Assembly: GCA_020054475.1 (NCBI GenBank)
Contig: JAHWGJ010000002.1
Location: 38,100 to 102,099, forward strand
Direction: 5' to 3'
Length of the DNA stretch: 64,000 nucleotides
From: Thermoplasmata archaeon
GTDB taxonomy: Archaea > Thermoplasmatota > E2 > DHVEG-1
Shown here: positions 14,866 to 24,032 of the stretch, piece after piece
Layout: each line of letters starts with the position of its first letter
Position numbering within the stretch: position 1 is the stretch's first letter
The notes under the pieces: model-generated
The model's database searches: none
Seen by the model: the letters and a program-made list of their open reading frames with translations, nothing else
What the model was told of the DNA's origin: nothing
Translations under genes and position numbers: made by a program

Positions 14866-16040
14866 CTAAAAAATATGACGTAATAATCATTGGAGCGGGT
14901 TCTGTTGGATTACCAACTGCATATTTTTTATCTAAAGCTGGTGAGAGAGTACTCATCTTAGATGAGTTATCTTCATCTGGACAGGGACAAAATAAATCAG
15001 CAATTGGTGGAGTTCGTGCAACACATTCTGATCCAGCTAAAATTCAGATTTGTCTTCAGAGTCTTGATATATTTTCAAAATGGATGGATGAGACAGGGGC
15101 AAATATTGGATGGAAGAAAGGAGGATATTGTTTCCCTGTTTTTAGAAGAAAAGAAGAGGATATTCTTAAATCAATTCTCCCTATTCAAAAAAAATATGGC
15201 CTTAATATTGACTGGGTTGATTCTGAAAAAATCATGGAGATTATACCTGGTATAAATCAAAATAATCTAATTGGTGGTACATATTCACCTGGTGATGGTC
15301 AAGTAAGTCCATTGTTATCCTCTGAATCTTTTACTAATGAATCTGTAAAACTAGGTGCTGAATTTAGATATAAAGAAAATGTAACAAATCTGATTACTGA
15401 GAAAAATAATAAAAATGTAACTGTAAAAGGTGTTAAAACAACTAAAGATGAGTATAAAGCAGATGCTGTTTTAAACGCAGCGGGATCCCATGCAACATGC
15501 ATATGTGAAATGGCTGGTCTTGATATTCCTGTTAATCCAGATAGCCATGAAGCAGGTATAACAGCACCGGTTAAAACCTTTCTAGATCCACTTGTCGTTG
15601 ATATTAGACCTGGTGAAGAGGGAAAAACAGCGAATTTCTATTTTGGTCAGAATCTTGATAATCAAATTATTTTTTGCTATACCCCATTAAAAATATTCCC
15701 AGGGGAGAACCGGGATTCAACTTCAGAGTTTATGCCAGTTATGGCTAGAAGAATGGTTGATCTTATACCTAGATTAAAGAATCTGACGATAAGACGTCTA
15801 TGGCGTGGTCTTTATCCAATGACTCCCGATGGATTAGCAGTTGTTGGAAAATCCAAAAACGTTGAAGGATTCTATCTCAGTATTGGTATGTGTGGTCAGG
15901 GATTTATGATGGGGCCGGGTGTAGGTTTAAATTTAGCTAATCTTATTATAAAGGGAAATCCAATAATTGATAAAGATGTTTTTAATTTACTAAGCCCAGA
16001 TAGAGATTTTTATAGTGGTAAAAAAGAGGCTTTAAAATAA
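14862..16040 (+). CDS. FAD-dependent amine/amino-acid oxidoreductase (DAO family: sarcosine oxidase beta / HcnC / proline dehydrogenase beta-like)
   Basis: 392 aa with N-terminal YDVIIIGAGSVGLPTA dinucleotide fold and C-terminal CGQGFMMGPGVG. GTG start overlaps the upstream stop (GTGA). Confidence 0.85.
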   Translation: MTKKYDVIIIGAGSVGLPTAYFLSKAGERVLILDELSSSGQGQNKSAIGGVRATHSDPAKIQICLQSLDIFSKWMDETGANIGWKKGGYCFPVFRRKEEDILKSILPIQKKYGLNIDWVDSEKIMEIIPGINQNNLIGGTYSPGDGQVSPLLSSESFTNESVKLGAEFRYKENVTNLITEKNNKNVTVKGVKTTKDEYKADAVLNAAGSHATCICEMAGLDIPVNPDSHEAGITAPVKTFLDPLVVDIRPGEEGKTANFYFGQNLDNQIIFCYTPLKIFPGENRDSTSEFMPVMARRMVDLIPRLKNLTIRRLWRGLYPMTPDGLAVVGKSKNVEGFYLSIGMCGQGFMMGPGVGLNLANLIIKGNPIIDKDVFNLLSPDRDFYSGKKEALK

Positions 16041-16042
16041 TA

Positions 16043-16744
16043 TTATAATTTAAACTTGTTTTTGAATAAAAATTTAAGATTTTTCCAACCATCAGAAAAA
16101 CTCTCAATTTTAACATCACCCTCTCTTGCCCGCAGTAATGATGGAATTTCTAAGGTCTTTATTTTCTTATTCTTAAACATTTCAATTTTTATCTCCTCAG
16201 AAAAAGGCATACCATCATCAAATTGTTCAAGAGGTTTAACCTTTTCAAGAATTTTCTTTTTAAAAATCCACATACCAGATTGAGAATCTCTAAGACTAAT
16301 AAGATATAATATTCTAAGAGTTGAAGCTAAAATAAAATTTCCGAAATAATGTTTAACATTCATTGAACCAGGATGTAGTTCCGCAAATCTATCTGTTGTG
16401 ATAAAATCAAGGTCTTCATCAATTAATTTCTGAATATATTCATGAATTTTATCAAATGGATAAGTCGCATCTGAATCACCAGTAACAATAATATCTCCAG
16501 ATAATTTTGGCATTCCTGTTTTATATGCTCTACCATATCCCTTTCTTTTTTCAACGATTATCTTTGCACCTTTTTCTTTTGCTATTTCCTGTGTTTTATC
16601 TTTTGAATCGCCATCAACTATTACTATTTCAAGATCCCATTTATTTTTTTTAAAATAATCTCGGTTAATAGAATCTATTGTCGGGCCAATTCCTTTTTCT
16701 TCATTTATTGTTGGTAAAATAACGCTTATTTTCAGAATTATCAA
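16043..16744 (-). CDS. family 2 glycosyltransferase (dolichyl-phosphate hexose synthase-like)
   Basis: 233 aa with VILPTINEE, VIVDGDSKD and GDSDATY (DxD) motifs typical of GT2 Dol-P sugar synthases. Start codon uncertain (TTG at 16744). Confidence 0.85.
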   Translation of the reverse strand: MIILKISVILPTINEEKGIGPTIDSINRDYFKKNKWDLEIVIVDGDSKDKTQEIAKEKGAKIIVEKRKGYGRAYKTGMPKLSGDIIVTGDSDATYPFDKIHEYIQKLIDEDLDFITTDRFAELHPGSMNVKHYFGNFILASTLRILYLISLRDSQSGMWIFKKKILEKVKPLEQFDDGMPFSEEIKIEMFKNKKIKTLEIPSLLRAREGDVKIESFSDGWKNLKFLFKNKFKL

Positions 16745-16785
16745 CTCAAATGATTGTTAATAATACTAAGGTTAAAAGTTTTTAT

Positions 16786-16831
16786 AAAAAAAAAAATAAA
16801 AAAAAGAGATTAAGAGAGATTTTCTCTCTTA
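16786..16831 (-). terminator. hairpin plus oligo-T terminator of the large surface-protein gene
   Basis: A 9-bp perfect stem TAAGAGAGA/TCTCTCTTA (16811-16831) includes the stop codon. On the minus strand it is followed by T8 and T13 runs, the archaeal oligo-T termination signal. Confidence 0.5.
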
Positions 16832-19800
16832 TCGTCTGCGTCTAAGTAGTATAAATGCTACTCCTAATGCTGCTAATAGTGCTACTAGTTCGAATCCTGG
16901 TATTCCGCCTTGTGCTATTGTTACTGTAAGTGTTCCATCCATATATGGATCAAATGTTGCTGTTACCGTGTATTCTGTTTCCTCGTCTACTTCTGGTGCT
17001 GTAATGGTTACTTTTCCATCTCCACCTGAGGAGTATGTTTTACCATCAAATGTAACTGTTGCACCAGCTAGTGGACTTCCCTTTGCTATTATCGTTACTG
17101 TGAATTTTTCTCCGGACGATGGCATCTCACTTGGTCCAATTATTGTTATTGCCCAGACTTTTATTACTGTTATTGCTATGCTATCACTAATGTATCCAAA
17201 TTTGCTTGCTTCTATAAGATATACTGCTGATTCTACGCCGGGGTTCGGCACTGTAAATATTGCTTTTCCATCGCTTCCTGTTGATTTTGTCTCCTGGCCA
17301 AATTCTACATCTGCACTTGCTACTGGTTTTCCATCTGTTTTAACTGTTACTGTTAGTGTATCTCCTTCAAATACTGGTGATTGTGATACAGTGACTTTTA
17401 ATGGTTTCTTTGATGTTACATTTATAGTTGATGGTGTTAGGATTTCTTCCCATATCAGACGTCCATCTACATCATATTCTATATCATAACATAATGTTAC
17501 GTTTAATATTCCACTCGCTGCTGGCTCTATTGATAATTCAACTTGTCCATTTTCATCTGTTTCTACCGGGTTTGGTCTTACTCCTACTGTACCATTTACT
17601 GATGGTGTAAGTGATATATTTATTCCTACTAGCAGATCACCTGTTAAGTTTCTAGCAGTTATAAGTAAATCATTGACCATACCTACATATGCTATAGCTG
17701 GTTCTATTGTAAATACTGGGAAGTCAATAATTAATTCTCCACATGTCCATGCACCATTTAATGTTGCATTAATTTTACCAGGTCTTTTACCTACTACGCT
17801 TATTTCTAAAGTTCCCATTCCATCATCATCAAGCTCAACAGTGTTTGTATCGAGATCTGTATCTGAAGCGTTATCTTTTACCATTTGTAAGTTCTCATCA
17901 GCAATTACATTTCCTAATGCATCTACTGCAAATACTTCAACTTCCTGATCTTCAAGGAATATTCCACATGTTAGACCAGATGGCACATATGTTATTTCAG
18001 CACACTCAACATCAATTTCAGAATTATTGCCATGATGTCTTCCTTCATCAGCCCAAGCTGAAATTAATAATGTTCCAATTATCGGCGGTGTAAAATCATC
18101 CAAATACCAAACATTACTTGATGATGATTCTCTTTCAAATTCAAATGGGCCTCCGATTACCTCCATATCATCGTCTACGATTTCACCTATCACTGTATAT
18201 TCATCATTAAAATCACCCATTATTGACGCTGGTATATCGCTTCCAGATAGATTTGTTATTTCAACCTCTAGATCATATTCAAGGCCAGCTGTAAGTGTTC
18301 GATTTGCAGCTTCGGGTTCAATAATTGTAATTACTAAATCATGATTTGGTTCTACTTCAACTATATCATAAGTATAGTAATATACATTATCTGTATCTAA
18401 TAAATAACCCATTTTTACTGAAACTACTAAATAACCTAAATCACTTAGAAAATCATCTAAATCTGGCATAAATGTGTATTCCCCAAGTAAACCATTTCCC
18501 TCGGTGAAATCTCCAACAGTTGAATTTGCAGTATCAACATAATCCCAGTTTGGATCATATTTTACAACATGCACTTCAGCTCTTGTAAGATCTGTTCCAT
18601 CGATTTCCTCAACTTTTATTGTTAACGTCTCTTCAGTTTCAACTGTAATCTTTTTATCATCACCAACTGAGGTGGTTACAGTACTTTGAAGACCATCTAT
18701 TTCAATATCCTCACTTGTTTCAAAATCTTCTGTATCATTATATACTGTTATTGTTAATATTCCTCCTGTTCTTGGCGATATATCAAATACATAACCATCA
18801 TAGCCTACCATTTGTTCTCCTTGGATTTCTCCTTCGAATTCCTCGTCAACTCCACAACCAGTGACTGTAATATTCGCATCAAGTCTTGTTGATTCATTTC
18901 TACCATACACATCGACATAAATATGTGAAGTATAATATCCCCACTTTTCTTCTTCATTAGGGGCTTCTGGCGGGTCAGCTTTAACATTACCATCCATATC
19001 CGCTAGTAATACTTTGTCTTCTCCAACATATTCAACAAACACGTTTATTGCATCTGGAGCTGAAACATCTATATCGGTTTCACCTGAGATTAATGGCGCT
19101 TCATCCTCGTTGTCATCATAATATTCCCAATCCTGATCATAGAAACATAGGAAAGTTGCTTTTCCAGATTGTAGGAATTTAAGATGAGATGTTGTTCCAT
19201 TGTTGCTTATATTAACCCATCCATTTACTGTAGTATCATCTAGCTCAACTGGATCATCATCATCATCATATTCATCATCATCATAAATTAAATCAATTCC
19301 AGAGACATAAACATATGTGCCGTCTGGTACTGGATCACCGTCATATTCACAATAGATTTCAAAAGATCTGTTAAAACCATGTGTAGTTGAATCTGGATCA
19401 ACAGTTATTATTGCTTCACCTGATGATATAATGATTTCTTCATATGGTATAAAACCAGAGTCAAATTCAGGATAATCAGGTCTACAACTATCATCAACCT
19501 CATATGTACCAATATACCATGTTCCTGCACTATCAAAGTTTATATCAAATTCAAAAGTCCCAGAAGCACTAGTATTACCATAAGCATGGACATAACCATC
19601 AGAGTCTGCAATTGCTACGGGATATTTATTAATTGGATTACCTGTATTATCATAAATAGATCCTGAGACTTCTTCATCCTGTTCATAAGTAGCAGTTGTA
19701 GGCGTAACATCCTGCATGTCTAATCTAAGTGGAAGCTCAACGAATCCTAATAGATAAGTATCATCATCTGGATCTACAATCCATATTGTATAATTAATTT

Positions 19801-20758
19801 CTCTGTTTATGTAAGGATTACCCGGATCTGTATGATTAAACCAGGTTTCAATCATTACATCTCCATCACTGAATGTACGATTCACATTAGGGTCAAAATC
19901 AGTACAATCAGTATAATAACCTTCCATCAATACACGAACTTCTGTTTCGTCTATTTGACCTGAGGTATCAAAAACATATACCATAGCTGATTGATAATCC
20001 TCATCCCATATTACAACTTCAGGATCAACTGTAACAGTATAGATATATTCAATATCAAAATCATCACTACCAGTACCCGTATCTCCAGATACATTATGAC
20101 AAGTTTCATTATCTGGATCTACAACATACCAATCAAAATCTTCTCCCTCGTACCATGAGGTATTACCCCGTTGTGGAATAGTAATTGTAGTATTAAGCCA
20201 TCCTTCATCACCAATGTGATCCTGACCTATTTTCTCAAATTCACCTGTATCCAAATTTTCAAAATAGAAATGAACAAGAGTATCAGGTTTCCAACCAGAT
20301 AAATTCAATCCAACATCATCACCACAAGTTACTTCGGCCATTTCCTGCCAATCTATATCTGGATCAGGATTATTAATGCTAATAAATTCGGTTAATTCCT
20401 CATAATCATCTACATCAGAAGCATTTGTAAGATTAATCCAATAAGCCCCATCACAATACCTCCAAGGAACCTCAAGAGTATCATTAACATATCCATCAAC
20501 ACCTATTGACCATGTATCTAATAACTCATAAGTAAATGGCGGTCCAAAAGTATCCTCCTCATAGGCAAGCCAAATATCTATATCATATCCTTCATCACCT
20601 GAGACATTTATCCAAAAATTATCTCCACTTTCAAATGGGCCTACTTCAATATCATCCGCAGCTACAGCCAAAGTTGTTGGCCCTGTAATAACCAGCATTG
20701 AAAACAACAACATAATTGCAATCATAGTTGTTTTCAGAAGATTTTTTCTTTCATTCAT
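16829..20758 (-). CDS. large acidic secreted surface (S-layer/adhesin-like) glycoprotein with PGF-CTERM anchor signal
   Basis: 1309 aa.
- N-terminal signal peptide (LLFSMLVITGPTTLAVA).
- Extreme D/E bias and about 30 N-x-S/T sequons by eye.
- Two C-terminal Ig-like repeats (GDTLTVTVKTDGKPVASADVEFG.. / GEKFTVTIIAKGSPLAGATVTFDG..).
- Terminal GGIPGFELVALLAALGVAFILLRRRR. Confidence 0.85.
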   Translation of the reverse strand: MNERKNLLKTTMIAIMLLFSMLVITGPTTLAVAADDIEVGPFESGDNFWINVSGDEGYDIDIWLAYEEDTFGPPFTYELLDTWSIGVDGYVNDTLEVPWRYCDGAYWINLTNASDVDDYEELTEFISINNPDPDIDWQEMAEVTCGDDVGLNLSGWKPDTLVHFYFENLDTGEFEKIGQDHIGDEGWLNTTITIPQRGNTSWYEGEDFDWYVVDPDNETCHNVSGDTGTGSDDFDIEYIYTVTVDPEVVIWDEDYQSAMVYVFDTSGQIDETEVRVLMEGYYTDCTDFDPNVNRTFSDGDVMIETWFNHTDPGNPYINREINYTIWIVDPDDDTYLLGFVELPLRLDMQDVTPTTATYEQDEEVSGSIYDNTGNPINKYPVAIADSDGYVHAYGNTSASGTFEFDINFDSAGTWYIGTYEVDDSCRPDYPEFDSGFIPYEEIIISSGEAIITVDPDSTTHGFNRSFEIYCEYDGDPVPDGTYVYVSGIDLIYDDDEYDDDDDPVELDDTTVNGWVNISNNGTTSHLKFLQSGKATFLCFYDQDWEYYDDNEDEAPLISGETDIDVSAPDAINVFVEYVGEDKVLLADMDGNVKADPPEAPNEEEKWGYYTSHIYVDVYGRNESTRLDANITVTGCGVDEEFEGEIQGEQMVGYDGYVFDISPRTGGILTITVYNDTEDFETSEDIEIDGLQSTVTTSVGDDKKITVETEETLTIKVEEIDGTDLTRAEVHVVKYDPNWDYVDTANSTVGDFTEGNGLLGEYTFMPDLDDFLSDLGYLVVSVKMGYLLDTDNVYYYTYDIVEVEPNHDLVITIIEPEAANRTLTAGLEYDLEVEITNLSGSDIPASIMGDFNDEYTVIGEIVDDDMEVIGGPFEFERESSSSNVWYLDDFTPPIIGTLLISAWADEGRHHGNNSEIDVECAEITYVPSGLTCGIFLEDQEVEVFAVDALGNVIADENLQMVKDNASDTDLDTNTVELDDDGMGTLEISVVGKRPGKINATLNGAWTCGELIIDFPVFTIEPAIAYVGMVNDLLITARNLTGDLLVGINISLTPSVNGTVGVRPNPVETDENGQVELSIEPAASGILNVTLCYDIEYDVDGRLIWEEILTPSTINVTSKKPLKVTVSQSPVFEGDTLTVTVKTDGKPVASADVEFGQETKSTGSDGKAIFTVPNPGVESAVYLIEASKFGYISDSIAITVIKVWAITIIGPSEMPSSGEKFTVTIIAKGSPLAGATVTFDGKTYSSGGDGKVTITAPEVDEETEYTVTATFDPYMDGTLTVTIAQGGIPGFELVALLAALGVAFILLRRRR

Positions 20759-21106
20759 TTTATTTCTTCCTCCTAATTATTTATCCTCTATATTCTTTTA
20801 ATTGAAATCCAGGATTTAACGGCATCAGCTCACACCGTGAACTGAAGTATTATAGCCATAATCATATCTAATAATGTCATGACTTTTCTACATCCGCGTC
20901 CTCACCGGACCCTCAATCCACGGTAAATAACCACATCGTTTATATAAGTTACGTTTTTCTATATCTTACCAACAGATATACATGGTATATTACCTGCATA
21001 TTCAAGTGAAAAAAAAATCATAAAAAAATTTTTTAAATTATTCATTTGCAAAATTAATATGTAAAATATTTTTATAGAAAAAAAATATAATTATTTTAAT
21101 TTTTTA

Positions 21107-21397
21107 TTATCTATCCTGAGGAGTGTTTACTTCTTCAACAATCCTTATTCCAGCCGATACACCATCAATTGAATGAATTGAAGCACCACAATCCATAATT
21201 ATCTCTTCAACTTTCTTATAATCAATATCCAACCCCTCAATAGTAATCTTAACACTATGTGTATTAGTATCGATTTCTTCAAGAGATATATTTACACCAG
21301 ATATTCCTTCAATATCACCTAACCGATCAGCAATATCCAATATTGATGGTTTATGGGGTTTTAAAACATCTAAAATTATCCTTTGTATTTTACTCAA
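21107..21397 (-). CDS. DUF211-family small protein (COG1888)
   Basis: 96 aa. RIILDVLKPH.PSI.D.A..L....G..GVN..L.EID..T...KITIEG..ID....E..I...GASIHSID matches my memory of the archaeal DUF211 family. Confidence 0.75.
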   Translation of the reverse strand: MSKIQRIILDVLKPHKPSILDIADRLGDIEGISGVNISLEEIDTNTHSVKITIEGLDIDYKKVEEIIMDCGASIHSIDGVSAGIRIVEEVNTPQDR

Positions 21398-21691
21398 GTT
21401 AAATTCTCCGAGGTATAATATATTATAATAATTAATAAATTTTTTTAATAAATTAAGATTGATTATTTAATTTATTATAATTTTAAATAAATTATGAAAT
21501 TAATTTACTTTTTAAAAAAAAATTCATTTTTATAATATTGAATATCATTATATGGTTTATATGCTTTGAAAAATCAATACCATTTGTTTTGCTATATCAA
21601 AAATTACCTTAATTAATATATATAGCTAATTTTATTCAGTTTTTCATTATCCCCCGCCTTAGCTCAGTCTGGCTGGAGCGGCCGGCTGTAG

Positions 21692-21706
21692 ACTTTAATG
21701 GCCGTG
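21692..21706 (+). other. tRNA-Tyr intron at the canonical 37/38 position
   Basis: The extra 15 nt ACTTTAATGGCCGTG lie immediately 3' of anticodon-loop position 37. The boundary is ambiguous by 1 nt. Confidence 0.8.
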
Positions 21707-21722
21707 ACCGGCAGGTCCCCGG

Positions 21723-21742
21723 TTCAAATCCGGGAGGCGGGA
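21723..21742 (+). repeat. attL: 3' 20 nt of tRNA-Tyr, direct repeat of 38850-38869
   Basis: TTCAAATCCGGGAGGCGGGA is identical at both sites, and the flanking bases differ on both sides. Confidence 0.8.
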
Positions 21743-21784
21743 CTAAACCATAAGTATATATTATCACCCTTTTATTAGATATTG

Positions 21785-22990
21785 ATGAAAACAATATATA
21801 ACTACGAGCATAACCTGGAAAAAGCATTAAAAAACCTTGATTCAAAGAGATTATCTAAAAAAAACAAGAATCAAATAAAAGAGTTCATCTATTTTTTATC
21901 AGTTAACAAAGTAGGTAAATGCAGACAGTTGAAATATGTCTTCGCTTTGCAGAACATAGCAGAATGGCTTAAAATTGATTTTGAGAAAGCAACAAAGAAA
22001 GATATAGAATATATAATAAATAAAATGGAGAATATTAAGCAGTCAAATGGACAGCCTTTTAGTGAATGGTCTAAACATGACCACCGGGTAATAATCAAGA
22101 AATTCTATACATGGCTTAGAAACAAGGAAAATGATGATATAGACGAATGGGAGACACCTAAAGAAGTCAAATGGGTTAAAGCAAAAAAACCACGTAACTG
22201 TAACAAGCTCCCTTCAGATTTGTTAACCCCTCAGGATATAACTTTTCTTTCTGATAACTGTAAAAACCTTAGAGAAAAAGCTTTGATTCTTACATTATAC
22301 GAGAGTGGAGCGAGAATCGGAGAATTATTATCTTTAAAGATTAAAGATGTTGAGTTTGATGATTACGGAGCTATGCTTAATCTCTTTGGAAAGACAGGAT
22401 ACCGTAAGATCCGCATAGTCGGAAGTTCACCAGCTCTTAGTCAATGGCTGCAGAATGAACATCCTAAACGTGATGATAAAAACGCTTATCTTTTTTGTAA
22501 TATCAACCAGGGTAATGAGGGAACTTTACTTTCTTATGCCTCTGCTAAAAAGATTTTAAACAACCTTAAGAAACGCACTGATTTTAAGAAACCGCTTAAC
22601 CCTCATCATTTCCGGCACAGCAGAGCCTCAGAGCTTGCAGAGCATCTAACCGATAGCCAGAGATGTCATTACTTGGGTTGGCAACAGGGTTCTCAAATGG
22701 CTCGTATATATACACATATAGAAGATACTAATAGAATAATACTTGAATTGAATGGCCTTGTTAAAAAAGATAAAGATAAAACAGGTAAATTCTCAGAAGT
22801 GATTTGCCCACGTTGCAATATTAAAAATCCTTATGGTAGTAAGTTTTGTGGTCAATGTAGTATGGGATTAGATATTCATAGTATCGATGAATTTGAAAAA
22901 ACACGCAATCAAGCGTTGAAAACAATTGACAACAGCCAAAATATTGAAGCTATTGTTGAAATGGTAATGAAGAAATTAGAAAATAGATAA
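21785..22990 (+). CDS. tyrosine recombinase / phage-type integrase with C-terminal zinc ribbon
   Basis: About 401 aa. Catalytic blocks ESGARIGELLSLKIKD (Arg), HHFRHSRAS (His-x-x-Arg) and GSQMARIYTHI (Tyr). C-terminal CPRCN..CGQCS zinc ribbon. Confidence 0.9.
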   Translation: MKTIYNYEHNLEKALKNLDSKRLSKKNKNQIKEFIYFLSVNKVGKCRQLKYVFALQNIAEWLKIDFEKATKKDIEYIINKMENIKQSNGQPFSEWSKHDHRVIIKKFYTWLRNKENDDIDEWETPKEVKWVKAKKPRNCNKLPSDLLTPQDITFLSDNCKNLREKALILTLYESGARIGELLSLKIKDVEFDDYGAMLNLFGKTGYRKIRIVGSSPALSQWLQNEHPKRDDKNAYLFCNINQGNEGTLLSYASAKKILNNLKKRTDFKKPLNPHHFRHSRASELAEHLTDSQRCHYLGWQQGSQMARIYTHIEDTNRIILELNGLVKKDKDKTGKFSEVICPRCNIKNPYGSKFCGQCSMGLDIHSIDEFEKTRNQALKTIDNSQNIEAIVEMVMKKLENR

Positions 22991-23036
22991 CAATCATTGT
23001 TTTGATAACGTATTTTTAATTTCAAAATCTTTCGGA

Positions 23037-23576
23037 TTGCCATATCCTACTAACTTTAGATTTATAGATAAAAATCATATTCCAATCAACTTTACCTATG
23101 GAGCTCAAAGAAAATCAAAAAAAGCATTTTCTATAAAAATTTTTGATCATTGCACAGAAATATACCAACCAATTATTTTAGAATATATCAAAAATAAATT
23201 CAAAGATAGCAATATCGAAAAATATATCAATTCATTTTATCAAGAAAATACGTTTACTAATTCCAAAGTATTTATGAAGAAAGATGGTATAATTCAACAG
23301 TACTCCAAAAATGAGAGCTATACCTGGATTCCAAATACATTGATTGGTATTAAAAAAGTTAATGATATACCAAGAGCCATTTTTAAGTTGCAGAATCACA
23401 TAATTCAAAATCACATAGAACACAAAACATATTTTAAAAATGGTGAAAAAGATAACTATGTTGATTATTATACTTCTTTGATTAAAAGCAATAAACTTTT
23501 GATGAAAAATAAGGTCATTGTACAGGATCCAAAGAATCCAAATAGATATTGTTCAAAAGCATTGTTAGATTCATAA
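23037..23576 (+). CDS. hypothetical protein (island cargo)
   Basis: 179-aa ORF with a TTG start and no motif I recognise. Confidence 0.35.
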   Translation: MPYPTNFRFIDKNHIPINFTYGAQRKSKKAFSIKIFDHCTEIYQPIILEYIKNKFKDSNIEKYINSFYQENTFTNSKVFMKKDGIIQQYSKNESYTWIPNTLIGIKKVNDIPRAIFKLQNHIIQNHIEHKTYFKNGEKDNYVDYYTSLIKSNKLLMKNKVIVQDPKNPNRYCSKALLDS

Positions 23577-24032
23577 ATCCATGATTGTTTTTGTTATGCC
23601 AGTTGAAGAGATTGAGAATAAGATGTATTTACTATGACTCCACATTACTTCGGAAGGTAGCTAAAATACGTTTCAAATTACACAATTTTGGGAAGAGGAA
23701 GATGATTTTGATAAACAAATGAAAGGATAAAGGAAGCGGTACCAAACTAGATACAGAAATTTCATCCAGTCTCCTGATTAGTTTTTGGGATTTTTAGAAT
23801 CTCCAATATATTACATTGCAAATTCCTATGTTCAAAAAACATTAACTATAGTACTACCGAGAAATACCCTAAAATCGCTATACCAGAAATCATTTGTTTA
23901 TTAAACTATACTTTTTTATCAATTCCGGCAGACAGCTTTAAAATAAAAATTAATTTTCAGGGTATTTTTAATCAACGAGACTGTCAGTCAAGGGGTTGAA
24001 AAACAGAAAAAAGAATAGAGAAAAAATGGTGA

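Larger units (their letters stand above)
21653..21742 (+). tRNA. tRNA-Tyr (anticodon GUA) with a 15-nt intron
   Basis: Acceptor CCCGCCT/AGGCGGG gives the archaeal Tyr identity pair C1:G72. Anticodon stem GCCGG/CCGGC has 22 nt between the arms (7-nt loop CTGTAGA plus 15-nt intron). T arm CCCGG-TTCAAAT-CCGGG. Confidence 0.9.

Noticed and set aside
21636-21845. 69-aa minus-strand ORF spanning tRNA-Tyr
   Set aside because: It is the reverse translation of the tRNA gene and its flanks. The tRNA fold is unambiguous.
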